64,000 bases of DNA from Octopus sinensis (lineage: Eukaryota), in contig NC_043011.1 in the NCBI RefSeq assembly GCF_006345805.1, positions 45,954,464 through 46,018,463 of the forward strand. Reading direction: 5' to 3'. Shown piece after piece: positions 39,833-52,262 of the stretch; within the stretch, counting starts at the first letter, position 1, and each line of letters opens with the position of its first letter. The notes beneath the pieces were generated by a model. The model did no database searches, was not told the origin of the DNA, and saw nothing but the letters and a program-made list of their open reading frames with translations. Both the position numbers and the translations under genes were made by a program.

Positions 39833-41121
39833 AAAACGATTTCTGTTCAATCTGCGTTCAGCTCCATTTCTTCAATTCACCAATAATGTTATATATATTT
39901 ATATATATATATATGTTTGTGTGTCTGTGTTTGTCATCCAACATCGCTTGACAACCGATGCTGGTGTGTTTACGTACCCGTCTCTTAGCTATTTGGCAAA
40001 ATAGACTGGTAGAATAAGTACTAGGCTCACAAAGAATAAGTCCTGGGGTCGATTTGCTCGACTAAAGGCAGTGCTCCAGCATGGCCACAGTTAAGTGACT
40101 CAAACAAGTAAAAGATGACAAAATAAAAACAACAATAACAAAAAAAAATTAAAGCAGTTTGATGTACTGCATGATGGAATTTACAGCTATGGTGTAACAC
40201 GGGCCACCAGACTAGGTTGTTATTTGTCAAATGTTTTAGTTCCTTGAAAATCTTTCAATTTTTTTCTTAAACAACATTTGCCATTATTTTCTATTGCAAT
40301 TTTACTTAAAGCAACTCCTTATGTCTGTAGTGTATTTTGCCATAATGCATGTTTATTTGTTATTAAATATAAATGTTAACAAACTAAATTCAATCTCTAT
40401 AATTAAGGAACTTGTTTGATAAAATAATATCTGTACAAGCCACAACAAATCCATTAAATTCAGTGGTGAACTTCAGATTCTGCAGTGTTGTTAAGTGAAT
40501 TAGAGATTGATTTCTGTTTGGATAGAGCACCAAGTTATCATATGCAGCATTCCCAGTAGACTGTGCCTGATAACTTTGCTAATTGAGACCTCATATTATG
40601 ATACTCTGCAAAAAATATCACAGGTCACCTACAGCAAACATTCTTCATGAACAGTTAACCCAAAGAAAATGGAGAGTTCTTCTCCGGGTAATATAGACTT
40701 CTACATAAAAATTTAGCTGCTGTCAGCTGTAGAGAAGGATGTAGTTGTCAAGAAGAAGAATTAAGAGGGAAGTAAGACTGGGCTTTGAACTCACTATCAA
40801 TGAATAGAAAATCCAGGATTTTGCCCCTCTGTCCATGTCATTTCAGAGTCTCATATTTCATAATACCCTATTTCTGTCAACATTTAGAATAAAGAACAAA
40901 ACCAATGTCCATATGAATTTTTTAGGTGTAGATTTTTATGAATTATAGTAAAAATGTAGTCTGTTACGCTTATTTAATAAACATGGTCTTCCATGCACAA
41001 CCTTGCTTGGATTTGTGCCTTGGAGGTTAACATACTAGGTGCAATCCCTTGGATGTTCCTGACTGAAGGGGGACTCTACCCCTTTTTTTTAATGATTAAA
41101 TAATATTATTATAATTTTTAA

Positions 41122-41343
41122 CCCTTTCGTTACTGTATTTTTTTGTTTAGATGCTCTGTATTTCTTTCAATTACTTTAGATATAACAAAGAATTTAGTAA
41201 AATAACTTAGTTATCATTCAGCTAGTGTTAGGAACATAATTTGTGACTAAGGTTTGGTGGAAGATTTTAATTCAAATCTTAAGAAAACAAGACATTTGTA
41301 CTCAGAGCCAGAGGTGGTTTCAGCCAGGTTGGTAACGAAAGGG
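41122..41343 (+). mobile_element. piggyBac-like MITE family P1
   Basis: TTAA CCCTTTCGTTAC ... GTAACGAAAGGG; right TTAA mutated. Confidence 0.85.
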
Positions 41344-42012
41344 ATATAATGTTTTAATTTCTTTTTTTGGTATTATTACTTATTACTCCAGAGTAGTTTT
41401 GAATATCACTGGTACCTATTTTCATGGAATATGCTTATTCAGTTTTCTTCTGCAAGATAAACTCTCATTCCAGAAACCTCAGGAAATGGCAACATGCAAT
41501 TTTAAAACTGAGTCATTATAATTTCCTTTCATCTCCTGTTATTAATGAAATGCCATGATGGATGAATGAATCACTGTGTGTGTGTGTGTGTGTGTATGTG
41601 CATGTGTGTGTGTGTGTGTATATATACATGCACATGTGCACAGAGTGATTCAGTCATTAATCATGACCTTTCATGATGGGCATTGGCATGGCTATGTGGT
41701 TAAGAGACTCGCTTCCTAACCATGTAGTCATGGGTTCAGTCCCACTGTGCAGTACCTTGGGCAAGATTTTCTACAATAGCACAGGGCTGATCACAGCCTT
41801 ATGGGTGGGTTTCATAATCTATACACATATACATGTTTGGATGTTGTGGTTGTGTGTACCCTTGTCTAGATATTAAGGGATGCTTGTAAACAAGCATCAG
41901 TGCATTGAGCTGAATATTTGCTGTAGTCTAAGACAAAACATGTACATGATAACACTTCCAATCAATTAAGATCAGAAGCGATGAGAGCTACTGCCTGGTA
42001 GAGCATCAGGGC

Positions 42013-42061
<49 letters not shown>

Positions 42062-42250
42062 GGGGATGTACTTGCATAGCAAGTGACCTTATCTGAGATC
42101 ATGAGATGCAGCACAGAATTTTGTCAGTGAACAGGTCACAGTCTCAAGGCGCCGAAAATATTTTGACAAATTAAATTTAAATGTTGAAGTGAATCTAACA
42201 GATTTTGTGTGTTTCTTAAATGGCTTATAAGCACCTTCCATGCTGTAATT
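42062..42250. mobile_element. Second Penelope-like family: head-to-head inverted fragments between (TAT)n tracts
   Basis: 42062-42103 is the reverse complement of 61925-61968; 42110-42250 is the reverse complement of 61500-61635. Confidence 0.65.
42120..42169 (+). ncRNA. Hammerhead-like motif with a G3-C8 variant core (stem II decayed)
   Basis: UUUGUCA-GUGAACA-G-gucac..gcgcc-GAAAAUAUUU-UGACAAA: 7-bp stem I and palindromic AAUAUU stem III. Confidence 0.45.
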
Positions 42251-42272
42251 ATTATTATTATATTATTATTAT

Positions 42273-42500
42273 TAAGGTGGCGAGATGGTAGAATCTTTAG
42301 CACGCTAGACAAAATCCTTAGCAGTGTTCCATTCATCTTTGCATAGTGAGTTCAAATGCTGCCGAGTTGACTTTACCCCTTGTCCCTTCAGGGTCAATGA
42401 ATTAAGTACTAGTTGAGCACTGGGGTTGATATAATAATCAACTAGCCCCTTCCCTTAAAAAAATGTCAGGCCCCTTGTGCCTATTAATAGAAAGATAGAA
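42273..42500 (+). mobile_element. SINE family C
   Basis: aaggtggcgagatggtagaatc...gagttcaaatgctgccgag...gtgcctattaatagaaag. Confidence 0.8.
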
Positions 42501-43189
42501 AGCATTATTAGTGTGATTATTAGCTGTGATTTTCATTTCTTATGTTAGGTCAACTCACATCAGATACATTGCTAAAGAGACTATAGAAGCAATTGTACAG
42601 GGAGTTTACTATAAAGTCATTGCACAAATCATGTGACTAAGAACATCAAATGAATGACAAAGTTTATGAAGGAACATGAATATTAATGATGGTGGTGGTG
42701 GTGGTTCTTCATCCAAAATATGAATTACATCAAAGAAGATGTGCCCAAAAGTTCAAGGTCAATATTTGCAGTTCAGACAACTCTAATAAAACATTTACAA
42801 ACTGCTATTTTCAGAGGCTTGTGTTGATATTTCTTGATAATTCTTCAGAGTCTTTACAAAACATATAGCGTATCAATCACTTCAGTTGTTCAAATTCCAG
42901 AACAATCGGTACATTTCCTACATTTCTGACAATTACAATATTTGGTTTTGTTAATGTTACTATTATCTTATATTTTTATTTGCTTCTAATTGGTTATCTG
43001 TTGGCTAGTTATCTTTGGTACCAGCAAGCTTGGCATTTCTAAGCAGAACAGTGGCACCTCATGTACAGTGTGGTTAAACCTTTTAATTTGGCGCCAAAGA
43101 AAGCTACATATACTGCAGGTGTATACAATTGTCTGCTGGGAGTAAAAAAAAAAGTAACACATGCTTTGCATTATATGACTTACACAACC

Positions 43190-43393
43190 TATTTCTTTAT
43201 TACCCACAAGGGGCTAAACATAGAAGGGACAAACAAGGACAGACATAGGTATTAAGTAGATTACATCGACCCCAGTGCGTAACTGGTACTTAATTTATCG
43301 ACCCCGGCGGAATTTGAACTCACAACGTAACGGCAGATGAAATACCGCTAAGCAGTTCGCCCAGTGTGCTAACGTTTCTGCCAGCTCACCGCC
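43190..43393 (-). mobile_element. SINE family C, internally deleted
   Basis: 16-bp TSD TATGACTTACACAACC at 43174-43189 and 43394-43409. Confidence 0.9.
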
Positions 43394-43684
43394 TATGACT
43401 TACACAACCAACCAATCAACCAACCACATACTCAAAAACATACTCAGACCCATCCACTCACTCTCCATATTTAATTAATCAAGAAATACAAATATATTGA
43501 CAAAAAATTGAAGTATTCAGCTAAGTTCCTAGTAACCTGGTTTCAATTCTTGTATCAATATGTGGTTGTTAATGGCATTGGCAAAGGCATAAATATTAAA
43601 ATATTAGTGCTTCAATGTTCTCTTCTAAGTCAAAAATAGTCATGTCATTGATGGATAACTCTGACTATGATTAATCATAAATAT

Positions 43685-44210
43685 ACCAGTTGAGGCAAGT
43701 GAAATTGAAGTCAGAATCAAACTCGATTGCGAAGACCTGTTCAGACAAGTGAAATCGAAATCGAAATCAAACTCGGGGACTGGCATCCATTGCTAGTGGA
43801 GCTCTAAGAGTACCATACAAGTGAGATCATTGCTAGAGCAACAAGCTGACTTTCGTACTGATGGCACGTTAAAAGCACCATTCGAGCATGATCGTTACCT
43901 GCGTCGCCTTACTAACACTTGTGCTGGGGGCACATGAAAAAAGGCATTTGAGTGAGGTCGTTGCCAGTGCCACTGGACTAGCTCCTGTGCAGGTGGCACA
44001 TAAAAAGCACAATTTGAACGTGGCCGTTGCCAGTACCACCAAACTGGCCCTCGTGCCGGTGGCATGTAAAAGCACCCACTACACTCTCAGAGTGGTTGGT
44101 ATTAGGAAGGGCATTCAGCTGTAGAAACTCTGCCAGATCAGATTGGAGTCTTGTTCGCCAGACCTCAGTCAAATCGTCCAACCGATGCCAGCATGGAAAA
44201 CGGACGTTAA

Positions 44211-44242
<32 letters not shown>

Positions 44243-44245
44243 ACA
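43685..44245 (+). mobile_element. SINE-like family D, long form
   Basis: caagtgaaatcgaaatc head, several ~60-bp units, shared tail and (GAT)n. Confidence 0.85.
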
Positions 44246-44923
44246 GACGTATGAGATCTTTTCTCTTTATATTTTATATATGGGTCACATAAATAATTTA
44301 TTTTTATTACATATAGATGCATGAAATTTAAAAAAAAAATAATAACCAAGTTTATATGGCCGTGTGTCTCTCAGAAGCCAAGAAAGCCTTTTAAGAAAGA
44401 GTGTGCATGATAATAAACAATCGATATATATATTTTATATATTTTATATGGCAAACATTATAAACACACTCAAACACGTGTGTGTATGTTTATATATGTG
44501 TGTGTATTTGCATAATATACACACAGTTTATCACTATTTTATTGTAAAGGACAATGAGGAGAAAATGAGATTCAATTTCATGCTTATTGTTACATGAAAT
44601 TAATAAATTCAGAAATATGTTTAAAGAAATTAAGTATAGTAATGGTTTTCTATAAAGCTACTTTGGTAATAGTGATAGCAATAACAACAACAACAACTAA
44701 ACAACATCATTATAATATCATGGGCAGAAATGTATATTTTTTTCATTTATCTCCCAACAAAAGTTATTTTTGTACGCAATACAATAAAAATGTTGCCTTG
44801 ATTTCTCATTTTTCTGCTAATATTATTTTGTAAACACATACAATATGTTTCTTTACTACTGTATATATGTACTTTTATATATGTGTGTATATAAATAATA
44901 TGGGTGGCTTATTAGCAAATTAA

Positions 44924-45143
44924 CCCTTTCGTTACTGTATATATTTTGAGATGCACTGTGTTTCTTTCAATTACTTTAAATATAACAAAGAATTTAGTAA
45001 AATAACTTAGTTATCATTCAGCTAGTGTTGGGAACATAAATTGTGACTAAAGTTTGGTGGAAGATTTTTATTCAGAACTTATGAAAACAAAACATTTGTA
45101 CTCAGAGCCAATGCCAGTTTCTGACAGGTTGGTAACGAAAGAA
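44924..45143 (+). mobile_element. piggyBac-like MITE family P1
   Basis: TTAA at 44920-23 and 45144-47. Confidence 0.85.
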
Positions 45144-45392
45144 TTAACAACCTAAAGGCAAATTCATAGATGTCACTCAAGTGACAGAGGGTAGTAAGTA
45201 GTACTAGCATTGCTAGAAATAAGAGTCAAAACAATTCAATTGCGACAGAGGCACTATTTTAATGACTGACAATGGAGACAAGTTCCTTAGTGGATATAGC
45301 CAGATCACCAGGGATTTTAAATTTTGATGCAGAGCATTTTAATTCTCATCGGTGGCTCTTACAGCACCCAAGGTTAAACTATTCATCTATAT

Positions 45393-45830
45393 TAAGGTGG
45401 TGAGCTGGTAGAATTGTTAACTTACTGTGCAAAATGCTTTGTGGCATTTTGTCTGTCTTCATGTTTTGAGTTCAAATTCTGCCAAGGTCGACTTTGCCTT
45501 TGATCTTTTTGGGATCAATAAAATAAGTACCAGTTGAATACTGGGGTTGATGTAATCGACATACTCCCTCCCCCAAAATTGCTGGCCTTGTACCAAAATT
45601 TGAAACCAATATTTACATTTATTATGGTGGCAAACTGGCAGAATCATTACTGAGAAAATGCTTAGCAGTTTTGCTTCCAACTTTATGATCTGAGTTCAAA
45701 TGCTACCAGGGTTGACTTTGCTTTTTATCTTTTTAGGGATGAAAGTATAAGTACCAGTTGAGTACTGGGGTCGATGTAATCTGCTTTCCTGTTTCCTCAG
45801 AATTGCTGGCCTTGTGCCAAAATTCGAAAT
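45393..45830 (+). mobile_element. Two tandem family C SINEs (45393-45610 and 45625-45830)
   Basis: Head and central domain repeated twice. Confidence 0.8.
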
Positions 45831-48800
45831 CAGTATTCACATGTACCCTGTGTTTCAATGATTTGATCTCCAGTTATCATGGTTGTGTGTTCAGTAGCAG
45901 ACTGGATTTGAACTTGGAATGACCATTAATTTAGAAATAAAGTTTTTTAGTTTGAATCCAGTCTACTATTATACACATACCCATGAGTAAGACACCTGAA
46001 GATGACTGCAGACCAAATCGATAAAAATGGTGTATAGATATTAAGAAAAATGTTTCTTCTCTAAATCAGGGGTTAATTGCTTGTAAAATTATAATCATAT
46101 AATACTAACCTTGTTAACGAAAGACAATTGATGTTTAATATTAAGATAAATGACAGATGAGTGATGAAAGTAAATAAAGTGATGGACAGCTACAATCAGT
46201 AGAGTGTTGAACAAAATAAGCCTTGCAATATTTAGTTATAGTCCTTTACATTATTAACTGAAATTCCACTGAGGTTAGCTTTGCCTTTCATCGATCCAGA
46301 ATTGATAAAATAATGTACACGTCAAGTAATGGTTATGATTTATATGCCTATAATGCTTCTTAGATGTGAATAGAAATATAATAGAAGAATTTTCTAGAGA
46401 AATATTAATGCTGTTGTATTGTACCCTTGAGCAAGGCTATTAACCCTGTTTGCTTCAATCTCTGTCAATGATAAATCAGATTCAATTTTACTGCATGGTT
46501 CATTGATTAGAGATAGCAAATGACAAATAATTACTGGCAACATGTAATTGTCTAAAAGTTATTCCAGCAATGTTGCATTAGGAAATTGAAGTACAAGAAA
46601 ATTAACATTTGTTTAATTAGTAGCTAATATTATGGAAATCTAATGTTGGAAGAACTGATAGGATTGCCTATGTTTTCAATAACGATGCATCAGTTTTTTT
46701 GACCAAGAGAACAACAATTCCTCATCTTTACCTCCTACTTCTTCAAGAAATGGACAGACATTTCACTAAATTGAAGAAAATCTTATAAAAACTATTAACA
46801 AATTTACAATGACTAAATTCCTCTTACAGAAAAGAATTCTAAAATATAATAATGATAAATGTGAAACATTATTAAAAATGGATTAAACAAAAGTTTACTG
46901 CAAAATCAGTTTTTATAGCATGTGTAGACAGAAATAGAGAAACTAGATGAATAAAAATAATGAGGTTGGTATTATTCCTATGTTCTGTCTGTCTTCATAC
47001 TATAAAATTATGATAATGTATATTTAAATAATAAACATTAAGTTGATGAACTTAGTTACTGTTGACAGTGTTCTTACACAGCTGGATGTGTAAATTGAGC
47101 AAAAGTCTACAGAACAAAGGGTCAATAATATCAGTGTCAATTCTGATGCTGTGCTAAGACATTTAATTCATGTCATCGCAGTCCATTAAAGATATAAAAA
47201 ATTACACTAAGCATACACATAAGTAACTGTGTATAATTAATGAAAATGAAAGAAGGAAGAAATGTTTGAGTTCAAATTTTCATAAAAGCATGAAAATTAA
47301 GGCTTAGTATTGCCTCAAGTAACAGTGGCACCACCAATCATCATCATCATCATCATGATCATCATTACCAGTACCATCATTATCAACATCCGTATCATGT
47401 AGTCTAAAGACACAGCGACTTAAACAAATTTATGAAATCTCTGAATAAGAGTTAAGAGAAAAAATATTTTTTAAAACAGTTCATACAAGTTCAATCCCAG
47501 TTGTATCTCCTAATCATACCGAGACATTGTATTTGGCTAAACACATAACAACAGTTGTCAATTACTCTTTTACAGCCCTGAGTCAATCATTTTCATGGCT
47601 TTTCAAGAGGGGATTCTTATATTGAATTTCTCTGAATTGTAGCTTTAATATAATTAAAAGCAAGAATGAAGTTAGCTAGTTACTAATTAGAACAGAAACT
47701 AAATGCAAAAAAAATATTTAGTCATTCACTTTTCTAGTTTGTAGTTGAAATCTTATTTATAACAGTCTTACCTTGCATAATTTTCGTGGGATCAGTAAAA
47801 TAAGTATTTAAATATATTAGGGGTATGGTGATCTAATCAGCTGTATCTTTTCTCTTTTCAGCAATTGGTCTTCTGAGAAATCATTACGAATACATGAATA
47901 TTACAGGTTATATTTTTTTACCTCAATGTTAGTAGAACTGCATAAGGATTTTATTTTAGGTTTTTTTAAAAAAATTTTTCTTAACTCTTTTTCAGACAAC
48001 TAATCAAAATAAAGAATATGCTATAGAAAGACACAGATAGATGTAGACAGATAGATACATAGATAGATAGTGAGAGAGAGAGAGAGAATTTTAAGTTGAA
48101 AGTAAATGAATATGAAAGTCATTGTTAGATAACTGAATGCTACTTCACTGATTTTTTTCTTTTCTTTTACTGTTTTTTTTTCTTTCAGACAGGCTATTTT
48201 CTTTCATAAAAAAATGCTGCTTTTAAGATGATTACTTCCAGCTTCACTACTACACTAATTTACAAAAGCTCGTTAATGTAAACCTGCCACGGCTAAGTCT
48301 ATAGACAATTATGGACTACAGACATACATTCAATCGAATGCAAATTATAATGATAATAATAATAATGATTTCTTAACAACAATAATTATAATAAATATGA
48401 AAAGAGAAAAATTAAAAGAAACACTCAAGTTTGTATAGGTGTAAATCTATTCTGCTTTTCCTCCTCATAAGCTGGCTTGCCATTATCATCATCATTATCA
48501 TCATCATTATCACGATGCTTTCTTCAACATGTTACATAGCCAAAGAAGATGAAGTGTAATTAAAAAAAAAATGTAATAAAGACAAATACTATTTTCATTA
48601 TCAACAACCCACTGTCATCATTGTCACAACTACAGCCATCACCGTCATCAATATCAACCATTTACATAGCATCTGGAATGAAGAAAGACCAGCAAGTGAG
48701 AGAGAGAGAGAGAGGAATTATATTGTTTATGATAAAAGAATGGAAAATGAACAGGTAAACTGATATTGATGAAATGATGGATGATGACGATGAGGAGAGG

Positions 48801-49109
48801 CTGGTCTGTACTCAAAAAGATTTAGTGCTGCTGATGGTAGTTGAATTTGTTGATAAAGATTGAGAGAAAACACATTGACGACACAAACTATTGTCGAAAA
48901 TGATGTTTTGTAGAAGTGATAGTACAGACGGTGCTGACAGACAGAAGTGGTGATATCTATGGTTAAACAGTTGGTGGCATTGAGGCTGCTGGTCTGTAGA
49001 GGTGACACTGTTGGTGTGTGGTCAAAGGGTTAGGTAGTAGAAGTTCTGATCGGTAGTAACTGTGTAATTTCTGACGGTGGCTCCAATAAGTATATTGAGA
49101 GTGATTATA

Positions 49110-49534
49110 CTCTTTACTCGTTTTACTCTTTTTACTTGTTTCAGTCATTTGACTGTGGTCATGCTGGAGCACCACAATTTAGTCGAGCAAATTCCCCCCC
49201 CCCCGACTTATTCTTTGAAAGCCTAGTACTTATTCTATCGGTCTCTTTTTGCCGAACCGCTAAGTTACAGGGATGTAAACACACCAGCATCGGTTGTCAA
49301 GCGATGTTGGGGGACAAACACAGGCACACAATCATATACACACACTTACATATATATATATACATATATATGATGGTTTTCTATCAGTTTCCGTCTACCA
49401 AATCCACTAACAAGGCTTTGGTCAGCCCGAGGCTATAGTAGAAGACACCTGCGCAAGGTGCCACACAGTGGGAATGAACCCGGAACCATATGGCTAGTAA
49501 GCAAGCTACTGACTACACAGCCACTCCAGTGCCT
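49110..49534 (-). mobile_element. SINE family A, full length
   Basis: Collinear with the other full copies. Confidence 0.9.
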
Positions 49535-49699
49535 ATAGCTAATTTATTTACAAAGATCTTGGCATAATAAGTGTCGACAGGCAATGAAATGAGTCTAGGA
49601 CAATAACCTCACCCAAGGACAATTACCCCTGAGGACAATAGGTGATGATTTAAAACTTTTTAATATATTGGAGAGTGGGTAATTAATACCACCTAAAGC

Positions 49700-50476
49700 A
49701 AAATGCATAAAATAAACTAGGATAAAAGAGATATGTTGAAAGATTTCTATACAGCCCAACTAAACCCAAACAATAAACTCATTGTACAAACATAGACTTC
49801 ATGGAGAAACTTAGTAGGCAACAAAGTATGTAGATATGTAGACGCAAATAAATTAAGTAATGTACATAGAGACATCATTAAGAATAAAAGGTTAACTGAT
49901 GCTGAAATTAGCCAAATTAGGACATAAATATCTTATGGTAGACCAAATGAAAACAGCAACAATGCAGATGAAGTAAATAACAGATGCACAGAACCCAGTG
50001 TATGAGAAGTACATCCCAATGAGAAAGCTGAAGAAAGAATAGCAAAGAACAGATATGCAGGTAAAGAGGAGAAAGTAGACCTACTTTAAGGACACTAGAA
50101 TAGATATCAAACAGAATTTGAGATGAATAATAAAGGGAAGATTATAGAAGCAAAAGATGTTATGAGAGAACTGAGCAAAACTGAAATTACTGACATGATC
50201 AATAGAGAACCACTACCTAAACTCTCAAACAACATAAAAATTAACTACACAATCATGATATATAATGTTGCCCTTAGAAAGATTTTAAGAAATAAAGGAA
50301 ATGACCTAACAACCTCAAATAACCTCATCTATTCCACTGCTCAACTAGGTATCAGGATGACACAGAAAAGGACCAACCATGTGAATAGACCTCCTAAGTG
50401 GAAAGTAGCAGTACAAAAAGGGATCGAATTTTGCTGGTGGATGCATCAGCTCTTGATGAAATTGCTAGAGGAATAA
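49700..50476 (+). mobile_element. Decayed N-terminal ORF of an R4/Dong-like (RLE) non-LTR retrotransposon
   Basis: K*TR-DKRDMLKDFYTAQLNP...T*TSWRN...RYVDANKLSNVHRDIIKNKRLTDAEI, then LTTSNNLIYSTA...RPPKWKVAVQKGIE; resembles the R4/Dong pre-RT region as recalled; stops and frameshifts present. Confidence 0.7.
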
Positions 50477-50479
50477 ATG

Positions 50480-50705
50480 TTTCTACCATAGGCACAAGGC
50501 CCGAAATTTGTGGGTTGGAGGCTAGTTGATTAATTACATCACCCCCCCCCCCCCCAGTGCACAACTGGTATCAAGTTCATTGATCCCAAAAGGAATTGAA
50601 AGGCAACATTGACCTTGGTGGAATTTGAACTCAGTATGTAAAACCAGAAGAAATGCCACAAAGCAATTTGTCCAGCATGCCACTGTTTCTGCCAGCTGAC
50701 CACTT
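50480..50705 (-). mobile_element. SINE family C
   Basis: ttctaccataggcacaagg...ggaatttgaactc...ctgccagctgaccac. Confidence 0.85.
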
Positions 50706-50830
50706 TCATAATAATAATGGTTATGGTGGTGGTGATAGTAGCAATAGCAGTAGGAGGAGGAGTACTAGTAGCAGCAGCAGCAGTAGTAGTAGCCATAGAA
50801 GAAGAAGAAGAAGGAGTAATAGTAGTAGTA

Positions 50831-51145
50831 GTTTTTATTTATGATCCCTTTTCAAGCCTAGCCAGGCCCATGGGCCCGGTTTCCTGGTTTCTGTGGCATA
50901 AGTGTTCCCCCCAGCTGGACAGGACACCAGTTCATTGCAGCATTACCCAAGAAACAAGAAGAAAGAGTGAGAGAAAGTTGGGGCGAAAGAGTACAACAAG
51001 GGTCGCCACCACTCTCTGCCAGAGCCTCGAGGAGCTTTAGGTGTTTTTGCTCAATAGACACATACAACGCCTGGTCTGGGAATTGAAACCGCAATCCTCC
51101 GACCGTGAGTCCACTGCTCCAACCACTGGGCCATTGCACCTCCAC
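50831..51145 (-). mobile_element. SINE family B variant
   Basis: aagcctagccaggcccatggg tail; ccattgcacctccac head. Confidence 0.9.
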
Positions 51146-51829
51146 AGTAGTAGTAGTAGTAGTTTAATTATGTCACTGAACACTGCGCATTTGTTGTCAC
51201 ATGTACCATATTTTTGGTAAAAACAACTGTTAATTTCCTTCAAACAAAACCGCGCAACAATAATAATGACAAACTAACCTTTTACTGTTAGGATTTCACA
51301 AAGTGAAAAAAAAAAAGAACAAAACTTTTGTTGTTGAAATATGAAGAAAGGCATTGTAAACGAGAGGTGTCAGCCATCTCCACCAGCAATTACAATAGAA
51401 AGATCAAATTTTTGAAAGAAAGAAAAATTGTTAATAATTGCTATTGGTCATGAATGGCTTTTTTTTTTTTTTTTTTTGGTGATAGAGTTTGCAGCAAAAT
51501 TGTTTCATATTTTTATGTCCGTAAGAAACAACCGGTAAATGATTTACAATTATTATGTTTTTCAATTTCCCAACTTCTGGCTATTGTCTTTTGCAAAACA
51601 AAAATTCTATTATTACTACTGCGACAGGATACTTTTTTTTATCCCCATACACGGTTCAGCTTTGGTTTAAGAATGCAAAACATCTTTAATTTCACTGAAG
51701 TTTTATCTTCAAGATATAATATTTAATGCAACAGAGGTAAACTTTCCAAATATGGGACCAGCAATATAAGCTTTCTTGACTAGGGTAGTACCACTTCTGC
51801 TTTGTACGGAGCAGTTAATGGTTATCAGA

Positions 51830-52028
51830 AGCATGATTACAGCTCATTGAAATAGTTCCTTCTGGTTTTACATACTGAGTTCAAATTCCACCAAAGTCAA
51901 TGTTGCTTTTCAATTCCTTTTGGGATCAATGAAATTGATACCAGTTGTGCACTGGGGGGGGGGGTTGATGTAATTAATCAACTAGCCTCCTACCCACAAA
52001 TTTCAGGCCTTGTGCCTATAGTAGAAAG
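51830..52028 (+). mobile_element. SINE family C, inverted near-copy of 50480-50651
   Basis: Shares the private variant cttttcaattccttttgggatcaatgaa. Confidence 0.85.
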
Positions 52029-52047
52029 AGTTATTATAGTTATTAAA

Positions 52048-52262
52048 ATGGTGACGGGGCAGAAACATTAGCATTGTCATAAAGGGCCGGAAGAAATGCT
52101 TAGCAGCATTTCTTCCAGTTTGTTAAGCACTGAGTTCAAATACCACTGAAGTCAACATTACTTTTCACTCTATTGTGGCTAATACAATAAAATACTAGTT
52201 AAGTACTGGGCTTAATGGAATCAACCGCCCCATTCCCAGCTGTTGACTTTATGCTAAAATTT
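52048..52262 (+). mobile_element. SINE family C, degenerate
   Basis: ggtgacggggcagaaacattagc...ctgagttcaaatacc. Confidence 0.65.

Larger units (their letters stand above)
39381..39890. mobile_element. Penelope-like non-autonomous element: head-to-head inverted pseudo-LTR fragments in (TA)n
   Basis: Perfect 143-bp inverted repeat (39536-39678 / 39748-39890) with a 69-bp spacer; hammerhead motif in each arm; flanked by (TA)n. PLE assignment is inferred. Confidence 0.65.
39200..40114 (+). mobile_element. SINE family A with a ~510-bp insert (39381-39890) in its TA linker
   Basis: Head 39200-39345; tail resumes at about 39915. Confidence 0.85.
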
